The position numbers were made by a program, and so were the translations under genes. This document shows positions 1-7,142 of a DNA stretch of 37,264 nucleotides, piece after piece (positions within the stretch are counted from its first letter, which is position 1; each line of letters starts with the position of its first letter). The notes beneath the pieces were generated by a model. The model had not been told where the DNA came from. It saw only the letters and a list, made by a program, of their open reading frames with translations, and searched no databases. The stretch is from an uncultured Lachnospiraceae bacterium (lineage in GTDB: Bacteria > Bacillota > Clostridia > Lachnospirales > Lachnospiraceae): NCBI GenBank assembly GCA_946409475.1, contig CAMJWQ010000001.1, forward strand, positions 1 to 37,264. Direction: 5' to 3'.

Positions 1-1261
1 GTCTTGGTGTGGGACAAGGCGGGCAGGGTTCCGGTTCCGGACAAGGCGGAGGAACAGGGCAGGGCTCCGGTTCGGGGCAAGGCAGCGGAACAGGACAGGG
101 CTCCGGTTCCGGGCAAGGCTGTGGAACAGGACAGGGCTCCGGCTGTGGACAGGGCGGGCATTCCATAGCAGGCTGCTGTACAGGTGCTTCGGCAGGCTGA
201 GGAGTGGGCATGACAGGCTGCTCTTCCATTTCCGGTAATCCACAGATTAAGCCGCCTGCAAAGGGAAATAAATGGAATTCAAAGCCGGAGTAAGGGCTTA
301 CCGCAAATGCTCCCAAAGCTGCATTACCGCTTACATGACCGCCTGTTCTGTGTGCATGGAACTTGGCCTGAGGAGCCAGTATGCTGCCCCAGATGTCTGC
401 AGGCTCTTCCATATAAATATTTGTGGCATCCTCAAAAACATATATTGTCCGGTTAGCCAGGTTTCGAAGTCCCATGATACCGTATTGCAGGTGTGCGTTA
501 TTACCGGTACGAATACGAATAATCACCAGGCTGCCTTCCGGTACTTCGGGGCGAATTCCTTTGGTAATTAATCCGTTAGGACTAACGTCAATCAGGAATA
601 CGTTTTGGTTGGGATCATCTCCGCGAAGTATCCATTCATGATAGTTATCAATAATACTGCCGTTTACTTCTAAACCTTCAATGCAATCTTTATAATAAAA
701 AATACTTTCTCTTGCCTGTGCAAAGAAGCCTTCCACATCTGCATGGATTCTTTGGGCCGGGATATACCGGGGCCTGTCATAACTGGAAATAACATAATGA
801 TTTCCCTTATCAACCGGCCTCCAATAAGGACTGCCTCCGTTTGTCTGATATAAAAATTCCAATTCCTCCATTTGTGACGGGGATCCATCTTTACCGATCA
901 AATAGCTGCTGCCATTTCCAACCTGAAAACCGCCGTTACCAACTACGTGTCCCGTTACTACCAAAGGACCGTTTAATACTGCGTTATTAGCGACTAAAAA
1001 TCGAACTAAATCAGAAGAATAGCCCAATGGTCTCTGACTGAATTCTCTTTCAAAACCGATACTTAATCCTCTTGGGCTGTAGAAGTCACCGCCAATTGCC
1101 ACGGCCCCTTCCACATCAATGATATTATTGGCATCGCCAAATACTATTAAATTTAAATGGGATGCGGATCCAAAAGGCTGCCCCTCCGTATCTTGCCATG
1201 TTATATTATCATAAGGTATTCCAACAACCATATTTGGCATTTGATAATTATTGCTATCCAT
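1..1261 (-). CDS. choice-of-anchor A-like domain protein with C-terminal Cys/Pro-rich repeats (partial; C-terminus lies beyond window start)
   Basis: This gene is not in the ORF track because it has no stop inside the window. Manual reverse-complement translation from the ATG (rc of 1259-1261) stays open for 420 codons down to position 2. An AGGAG lies 6 nt upstream of the ATG. The motifs HLNLIVFGDANNIIDVEGAVAIGGDF and GFEFHLFPFAG match the choice-of-anchor A signature as I remember it. No N-terminal signal peptide is apparent. Confidence 0.65.
   Translation of the reverse strand, partial: MDSNNYQMPNMVVGIPYDNITWQDTEGQPFGSASHLNLIVFGDANNIIDVEGAVAIGGDFYSPRGLSIGFEREFSQRPLGYSSDLVRFLVANNAVLNGPLVVTGHVVGNGGFQVGNGSSYLIGKDGSPSQMEELEFLYQTNGGSPYWRPVDKGNHYVISSYDRPRYIPAQRIHADVEGFFAQARESIFYYKDCIEGLEVNGSIIDNYHEWILRGDDPNQNVFLIDVSPNGLITKGIRPEVPEGSLVIIRIRTGNNAHLQYGIMGLRNLANRTIYVFEDATNIYMEEPADIWGSILAPQAKFHAHRTGGHVSGNAALGAFAVSPYSGFEFHLFPFAGGLICGLPEMEEQPVMPTPQPAEAPVQQPAMECPPCPQPEPCPVPQPCPEPEPCPVPLPCPEPEPCPVPPPCPEPEPCPPCPTPR
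13..155 (-). repeat. in-frame ~36-bp tandem coding repeat (about 4 units) encoding PCPEPEPCPVPx
   Basis: Units ggacaaggc..ggaacagg(g/a)cagggctccggttc(c/g) recur with a 36-nt period. On the minus strand they read PCPEPEPCPVP(L/P/Q). Confidence 0.8.
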
Positions 1262-1524
1262 AACATCTCCTACTAATTACTTGGATTGTCTGAAATCCAT
1301 ATTCTCAATTCAGTTTATTCTTAAGTGGCAATTCTGTTCCCTTTTCCACCTCTTTATTAAAAATTTTTCTTTAAATACTCTTTCCTGTGCAATGGTGAAA
1401 AAACTTGCCGTCATTTCCTCAGACACCGGTTTTTCCCTGAAACTTTCCAATAGCTCTTTTAAAGGCCTCTGCCGTGAAGGTATTAATGTAAACATCTGTT
1501 ATAAAGTACTAAAATGTGATATAA

Positions 1525-1678
1525 TATGAACACTTAGCGAGGTATTGTATGAACACTTGACGAGGTATTGTATGAACACTTGACGAGGTATTATCGAGTC
1601 TAGTGAGAATACATACCTGTCCACTTAATGAGGTACTTTCGAATTTAGTGACCATGGTATTATCGAGTCTAGTGAGAA
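1525..1678. repeat. intergenic direct-repeat array: 3 tandem 23-mers plus a second 23-mer present twice identically and once degenerate
   Basis: TATGAACACTT(A/G)(G/A)CGAGGTATT(G/A) occurs at 1525-1547, 1548-1570 and 1571-1593. GGTATTATCGAGTCTAGTGAGAA is identical at 1587-1609 and 1656-1678. A degenerate copy, ggtactttcgaatttagtgacc, lies at 1632-1653. Confidence 0.85.
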
Positions 1679-1724
1679 ATTTATTAAAAAATCATAATAA
1701 TAATGTATGCAGGAGGAAACAAAT

Positions 1725-2732
1725 ATGGAAAGAAAAGGTGTATCTACAGATCTGTCGGATTTATTGCACCAGTTGATTCAGTCTTATATCGAAATGCTTG
1801 CTATCGTGAAAGATGTGGATGGGGTAGCAAGACAAACAAAAATTTTATCATTTAATTCCGCCATTGAAGCTGCCAGATCCGGTACTGCCGGAAAAGGTTT
1901 TGCAGTCATTGCCGATAAAATCCAGAGTCTTGCCAATGAAAGTGAGGCTTCCAATAAAAACAGTTTAAACATTATTAAAAGCATGAATGAAAAAATCTAT
2001 GACATCATAGGCGTTCGGACAGCGGATATGGCTTTTGATCTTATTGATAAAATCGAACGTAATTTATTTGAACGGAATTGCGACGTAAAGGCCTGGGCGT
2101 CTTTTGATCAGATCATAGATGTTTTACAGGCTTCAACTGAGGAAAAACAGAAGGATACCAATAAATTTCTCCATAAGCTTGTACAGACATATGACATATA
2201 TAATGATATTTTTTTAGCGGACAACAAGGGAAATGTAGTGGCATCAGGGGTACATACGGATGCAATCGGTAAAAATATAGCGGATGTCGGCTGGTTTAAA
2301 GAGGTATTGCAAAGCAGGACCAATACAGCCTCCGATATGTATTATTCTAAAACGGCTAATGCTTTTACCATGTCATACAGCTGCCCGGTATTTGATGAAA
2401 AACAGGAGCTGATCGGAGTTTTGACAACCAGGATAAACTGGGATTATATCTTTGATATTATCGAAAATGCGAAAATAAGTCCTAATGGTGAGATATATGT
2501 AATTAATAAAAGAGGTGAGGTGATTGCATCCTTAAATAGAAATGATATTCTAAAGAAAGATATTACGGAATTAAGCGCTGTTAAGTATGTATTAAAGAGT
2601 GACATGTACGGATATACCATTGAAACCGGAGAATCAGGAAAAATCAGCTGTGTCACCGGTTACGCACATACGAAGGGCTATCATTCCTATAAAGGAAATA
2701 ACTGGTCGGTTATTGTCAGGGAACCTTTTTGA
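1725..2732 (+). CDS. soluble protein: short MCP signalling hairpin-tip segment followed by a Cache/PDC-like sensor domain
   Basis: I moved the start from 1707 to the ATG at 1725 because AGGAGG (1711-1716) sits 8 nt upstream of it. LSFNSAIEAARSGTAGKGFAVIADKIQSLANES is the highly conserved MCP tip motif. The C-terminal ~230 aa resemble Cache-domain sequence (e.g. GEIYVINKRGEVIAS). No hydrophobic transmembrane segment is visible. Confidence 0.75.
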   Translation: MERKGVSTDLSDLLHQLIQSYIEMLAIVKDVDGVARQTKILSFNSAIEAARSGTAGKGFAVIADKIQSLANESEASNKNSLNIIKSMNEKIYDIIGVRTADMAFDLIDKIERNLFERNCDVKAWASFDQIIDVLQASTEEKQKDTNKFLHKLVQTYDIYNDIFLADNKGNVVASGVHTDAIGKNIADVGWFKEVLQSRTNTASDMYYSKTANAFTMSYSCPVFDEKQELIGVLTTRINWDYIFDIIENAKISPNGEIYVINKRGEVIASLNRNDILKKDITELSAVKYVLKSDMYGYTIETGESGKISCVTGYAHTKGYHSYKGNNWSVIVREPF

Positions 2733-2895
2733 TTTTTTACTTTTTGATATAACATGCAACCCGTGGTTGACAAATTACCACCTCCTATTTTCTTGTTTTT
2801 TGCATAGGGAGCCTATATAGTTAAAGCAGAGTGCACAGTTATCATAAGATGTGCAATAAGGTATCGGTGCAATATGAAATCTGGGAGGATGGAAA

Positions 2896-3690
2896 ATGAA
2901 GTTTAGTGATAAATTAGTGCGGCTGAGAAAAAGCAGAGGTTATTCTCAGGAACAGCTGGCGGATGCTCTGGGTGTGACCAGACAGTCAGTCAGCAAATGG
3001 GAATCAGACCAGGCTATGCCGGAGCTAAGTAAGCTGATATTGCTGTCTGATATGTTTGACGTATCGGTTGACCGCTTGATTAAAGAAAATATGCAAATAA
3101 AACAAATTAGTGAGGAAAAGGCCTGTCTTTTTCATGAGGAAAATAATGAAGTATCAAAAAAATTAGAAGAACTTACCCAATATGTAAAAGGATATGCGTA
3201 TACAAGTAAAAAAAGGATAGCGGGAATTCCCCTTATAAGTATTCGTTTTTCCAGTCATAGTTTAAAAGGTGGTGTTGCAAAAGGCTGGATTGCAATCGGA
3301 AATATAGCGGTAGGTGTGGTCAGTATCGGTGCGGTATCTTTGGGATTCCTCAGCATGGGAGCCTTTTCCGCCGGTTTACTGGCCTTAGGAGCCGTTGCTG
3401 TGGGGGCAATGGCCTTTGGGGCTGCTGCCATAGGCATCATTGCGGGAGGAACAGCCGCAGTGGGTGTGTATTCCTGGGGAGTAGCTGCCATGGGATGGAA
3501 AATAGCTGTCGGAGTGGCAGCCGGCGGTGAGACGGCCATAGCCAAAGAAGCGGCAGAAGGTACCCATACCCTGTTGGTGAATAAGGAAACAACAGAAAAT
3601 CATGTACGGGAATTTATTTTACAGGCTCATCCCCGTATTTGGAAACCGTTTTTAAATATTCTCGTAAAATTGGCAAAATTATTAACGTAG
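2896..3690 (+). CDS. XRE-family HTH protein with C-terminal glycine-pentad repeat membrane region
   Basis: GGGAGG lies 7 nt upstream of the ATG. The N-terminus LRKSRGYSQEQLADALGVTRQSVSKWESDQAMPELSKLILLSDMFDVSVDRLI is a typical HTH_3 domain. The C-terminal half is hydrophobic and Gly-periodic. Confidence 0.8.
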   Translation: MKFSDKLVRLRKSRGYSQEQLADALGVTRQSVSKWESDQAMPELSKLILLSDMFDVSVDRLIKENMQIKQISEEKACLFHEENNEVSKKLEELTQYVKGYAYTSKKRIAGIPLISIRFSSHSLKGGVAKGWIAIGNIAVGVVSIGAVSLGFLSMGAFSAGLLALGAVAVGAMAFGAAAIGIIAGGTAAVGVYSWGVAAMGWKIAVGVAAGGETAIAKEAAEGTHTLLVNKETTENHVREFILQAHPRIWKPFLNILVKLAKLLT

Positions 3691-3751
3691 TCAAAATATA
3701 TGTAATTATTTTAAATTCCGCATATAATATAATAGAGAAATAAAAGAATCC

Positions 3752-3796
3752 TATACAATATTATACCTATACAATATTACATTATATACAATATTA
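3752..3796. repeat. three direct copies of TATACAATATTA abutting the ilvB promoter -35
   Basis: Exact 12-mers lie at 3752-3763, 3768-3779 and 3785-3796, giving a 16-17 bp period. Confidence 0.75.
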
Positions 3797-3799
3797 TAT

Positions 3800-3828
3800 T
3801 TGACAGATAAATTTTATTATGTTAGAAT
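3800..3828 (+). promoter_or_regulatory. sigma-A type promoter of the ilv leader
   Basis: TTGACA (3800-3805), a 17-nt spacer, then TAGAAT (3823-3828). Confidence 0.6.
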
Positions 3829-3857
3829 GACTCAAACAGAAAATAAAAAAGTAAATG

Positions 3858-4167
3858 CAATGACGAGGAGGAGTACATACTCGGCCTGATTTCAGAGAGA
3901 AGATGGATGGTGCAAATCTTTATTCAGAAAGTATGGAAGTAGCCTTTGAGCAGTAGACCGAACAAGAGATATCTTAAGTAGACTCTAACGGAAATTCCCG
4001 CCGTTATAGGGAAACGGTATCGATATTAGTATCCGTACTGATGTATTATTTTGTCAGCCGGCTTGTATCCGTACTGGCAGAGTGCAGAGTTTATCTCTGA
4101 ATATAGGTGGTAACACGGATGAAGGTTCATTCGCCCTAAACTAATTTATTAGTTTAGGGCTTTTTTT
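3858..4167 (+). promoter_or_regulatory. T-box leader (tRNA-sensing riboswitch) upstream of ilvB
   Basis: Stem I shows a GA motif, AGTA (3872-3875), an AGAGAGA bulge (3894-3900) and a GGTGCAA distal loop (3909-3915). The conserved T-box sequence is aataGGTGGTAACACGG (4099-4118). A terminator hairpin follows, consistent with an overlapping antiterminator. Confidence 0.85.
4133..4167 (+). terminator. intrinsic terminator of the T-box expression platform
   Basis: GCCCTAAACTAAT pairs with ATTAGTTTAGGGC, followed by T7. Confidence 0.8.
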
Positions 4168-4234
4168 GTGGGTGAGAGCTTTTAGGCAGCTGAGAAGGGA
4201 CTTGTCCGCTTTGTTTATAATTTAAGGAGGTATC

Positions 4235-5962
4235 ATGATGGAAATCAAAGGAACGGAACTATTTGTAAAAGCACTAAAAGAAGAGGGGGTTGAAACATTG
4301 TTTGCTTACCCCGGAGGTATGGCCATCGATTTGTTTGACGCACTATACGGGCAGAGGGATATAGAGGTAATTTTACCGCGTCACGAGCAGGCTCTTATTC
4401 ATGCTGCCGACGGTTATGCCAGGTCAACAGGGAAGGCAGGGGTCTGTCTGGTAACCAGCGGGCCGGGAGCCACAAATTTAGTAACGGGAATTGCAACGGC
4501 AAATTATGATAGCGTACCTTTAGTTTGCTTTACGGGGCAGGTACCTGCCACTCTGATAGGCAATGATGCATTTCAGGAGGTGGATATCGTGGGAATAACC
4601 AGAAGTATCTGTAAATACGCCGTAACAGTCAGAAAAAGAGAGGATTTGGGAGAAATAATAAAGAAGGCTTTTTATATCGCAAAAAGCGGCAGGCCCGGTC
4701 CTGTAGTCATTGATTTACCAAAGGATATACAGCAGGCGTACGGCAGCGGCAATTATCCGGAGGAGATAATGATTCGTGGTTATAAACCAAATACGGGGGT
4801 TCATGAAGGACAGATAAAAAAAGCTTTGGAAGCCTTAAATAAGGCGGAGAAGCCTGTTTTCCTCATAGGCGGCGGTGTTAATATAGCCGGTGCCGGTGAA
4901 GAACTGACCAGGCTGGCGGAAGTAACGGGAGTACCTGTTATTACGACTATTATGGGAAAAGGAGCTATCTCCACATGCCACCCCTTATATGTGGGGAATA
5001 TTGGAATGCATGGAAATTATGCATCAAATCATGCAATCAGCGAATGTGATCTGTTATTTTCCATCGGCGTACGGTTTAATGACAGAATTACGGGTAAAAT
5101 CAGCGAATTTGCACCTGATGCCACTATCATACATGTAGATATCGATCCGGCCTCCATATCTAAAAATATTAGTGTAAACATTCCTATCGTTGCTGATGCC
5201 AAGCTTGCCATAGAAAGCCTGCAAAAAAATGCGAAACCATTGAATATTAAAAAGTGGGTTTCTGCTATTATGAAATGGAAAAAAGATTTTCCCATCCATA
5301 TGGATTCCCGGCCGGGAATGACACCGGAGATGATTATTCGTAAAATAAATGAGTTATTTCCTTCATCTATTGTCACAACGGATGTGGGGCAAAATCAGCT
5401 TTGGACGACACAATATTTAGAATTAAACGAAAACAGACAGATGCTGACTTCAGGCGGACTTGGAACTATGGGCTATGGTTTTCCCGCAGCCATCGGAGCT
5501 AAAATTGGAAATCCTGAGAAAACGGTTATTTGTATTTCCGGTGATGGGGGGATACAGATGAATATACAGGAAATGGCTACCGCTGCTGCCCTGGAGCTTC
5601 CCATCATTATATGTATTTTGAATAATGGTTATTTGGGAAATGTAAGACAATGGCAGGAGATGTTTTTCGATAAAAGGTATTCCAGCACCTGTCTCCGTTA
5701 CCGGAAAAGCTGCCAAAAAAATTGTAATAATCCCGGGAAAGCATGCCCCCCTTATATACCGGACTTTATTAAATTAGCGGAGAGCTACGGTGCAAAGGGG
5801 ATTCGTATTACAAAGACGGAGGAAATAGAGGAAGCCTTTAAAATGGCGGATGCCAATAAATCAGGGCCGACCATTATCGAATTTATGATTGAAAGGGAGG
5901 CAAATGTGCTTCCCATAGTCCCCGGCGGTAATGCCTTAAATGATATGATAATGGAATGGTAG
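4235..5962 (+). CDS. ilvB: acetolactate synthase (acetohydroxyacid synthase) large subunit
   Basis: AGGAGG lies 5 nt upstream of the ATG. ThDP-enzyme motifs are present throughout: GVCLVTSGPGATNLVTG, GGLGTMGYGFPAAIGAK and SGDGGIQMNIQE. Confidence 0.95.
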   Translation: MMEIKGTELFVKALKEEGVETLFAYPGGMAIDLFDALYGQRDIEVILPRHEQALIHAADGYARSTGKAGVCLVTSGPGATNLVTGIATANYDSVPLVCFTGQVPATLIGNDAFQEVDIVGITRSICKYAVTVRKREDLGEIIKKAFYIAKSGRPGPVVIDLPKDIQQAYGSGNYPEEIMIRGYKPNTGVHEGQIKKALEALNKAEKPVFLIGGGVNIAGAGEELTRLAEVTGVPVITTIMGKGAISTCHPLYVGNIGMHGNYASNHAISECDLLFSIGVRFNDRITGKISEFAPDATIIHVDIDPASISKNISVNIPIVADAKLAIESLQKNAKPLNIKKWVSAIMKWKKDFPIHMDSRPGMTPEMIIRKINELFPSSIVTTDVGQNQLWTTQYLELNENRQMLTSGGLGTMGYGFPAAIGAKIGNPEKTVICISGDGGIQMNIQEMATAAALELPIIICILNNGYLGNVRQWQEMFFDKRYSSTCLRYRKSCQKNCNNPGKACPPYIPDFIKLAESYGAKGIRITKTEEIEEAFKMADANKSGPTIIEFMIEREANVLPIVPGGNALNDMIMEW

Positions 5963-6017
5963 GCTATTTGTTTTATCAACAGAGAGCCAAAGAGAGGAAA
6001 GGAGAATAGAGGAGAAT

Positions 6018-6539
6018 ATGGAAAAGAGCATGGATACCCTGAAAAAAAGGTGGATATGTTTATTTGTAGAAAATGAGATAGGTGTGCTGGCCAGAATTTC
6101 GGGCTTGTTTTCAAGCAAATCCTATAATATTGACAGTCTTACGGTGGGAGAAACGGAGGATAACAGCATATCCCGTATGACTATCAGCCTGACCAGCGAC
6201 GACAGAACCTTCGAGCAGATAAAAAAGCAGCTGAACCGCAGCGTCGAGGTCATTAAGGTTGTGGATTATACAGACATACCAATCCATAAAAAAGAATTAC
6301 TTTTTATCAAAGTAAATAAGTGCTCGTCATCCGATATGGAAGAAATTTTTCGGATAGCAGAGGTATTTACGATAACGGTATCAGATTATGATAAAAATAC
6401 CGTATTGCTGGAATGTGTGCATACGGAAACAAAAAATAATGATATTATAAAACTTTTGGAAAAGAGCTTTCCGAACCGTATAGAAGCGGTAAGAGGCGGA
6501 AGTGTGGCTATTGAATCCATAAGCATGTCGGAAAGATAA
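6018..6539 (+). CDS. ilvN: acetolactate synthase small (regulatory, ACT domain) subunit
   Basis: LFVENEIGVLARISGLFSSKSYNIDSLTVGETED is the typical IlvN/IlvH ACT motif. The gene lies directly after ilvB. Confidence 0.9.
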   Translation: MEKSMDTLKKRWICLFVENEIGVLARISGLFSSKSYNIDSLTVGETEDNSISRMTISLTSDDRTFEQIKKQLNRSVEVIKVVDYTDIPIHKKELLFIKVNKCSSSDMEEIFRIAEVFTITVSDYDKNTVLLECVHTETKNNDIIKLLEKSFPNRIEAVRGGSVAIESISMSER

Positions 6540-6614
6540 GTGTCCCCTTTTACGGTTTAAGAACGTTTCTATTAATGTAAGATGCATTTTACGAATCCGG
6601 AAGGAGCGTTACTT

Positions 6615-7142
6615 ATGAACTTAATAAAACAAGTGGCTGCAGGCAATATGGAGGCTATGCAGGCATTGTATGAAATGTATAAAGCCAAAGTATACCGACT
6701 TGCTTTATCAATGGTAAAAGATACCTACCGTGCGGAAGATATTATGCAGGAAACATTTTATAAGGTACAGCAGAAATCCTGTCAATATACAAGGCAGGTG
6801 AGTGAACAGGCCTGGATTATGTCCATAGCCAGAAATTTATCGCTGGATGAGCTTCGAAGATTAAAAAGGGAAAGCGTGAACGCAGATGGAAATTATGCGG
6901 AACAATCCCTTGTATTCACAGAAAATTATGAATCCGAATTTCTGGATATGCTGAAGGTTCTAAAAAAGGTGGATCAGGAAATAGTATGTCTGTATCTGAT
7001 AGCAGGACTAAAGCATAGGGAAATTGCAAATCTTCTGGATATGCACACGCAAGGGGTAAAAAAACGGTATCAACGTGCTATAGCAAAACTAAAAGCGGAA
7101 TATTTGGCGGAAGGAGTAACTTATGCTGGACAAAATGTTTGA
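6615..7142 (+). CDS. ECF-type sigma-70 family RNA polymerase sigma factor
   Basis: I set the start at the ATG at 6615 because GGAAGGAG lies just upstream. The track ORF starts at 6582. The sequence shows region 2 (YRLALSMVKDTYRAEDIMQETF) and region 4 (LKHREIANLLDMHTQGVKKRYQRAIAKLK). Confidence 0.85.
   Translation: MNLIKQVAAGNMEAMQALYEMYKAKVYRLALSMVKDTYRAEDIMQETFYKVQQKSCQYTRQVSEQAWIMSIARNLSLDELRRLKRESVNADGNYAEQSLVFTENYESEFLDMLKVLKKVDQEIVCLYLIAGLKHREIANLLDMHTQGVKKRYQRAIAKLKAEYLAEGVTYAGQNV

Noticed and set aside
9-200. Plus-strand ORF encoding a Gly-rich GQGSGSGQG repeat peptide.
   Set aside because: It is the antisense shadow of the minus-strand Cys/Pro repeat. That repeat is in frame with a 420-codon open reading frame carrying a recognisable domain and a ribosome-binding site.
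1310-1495. 61-aa minus-strand ORF between the repeat array and the anchor-A gene.
   Set aside because: No Shine-Dalgarno precedes its ATG and the sequence is unrecognisable. The region is more likely the 5' UTR or promoter of the anchor-A gene.
1525-1678. The tandem repeats could be a small CRISPR array.
   Set aside because: The 23-mers are directly abutting with no unique spacers. No cas genes are present.
3255-3603. Two minus-strand ORFs (96 and 72 aa) rich in Pro/Ala/Thr.
   Set aside because: They are antisense shadows created by the 15-nt periodic Gly/Ala coding repeat of the XRE membrane protein.
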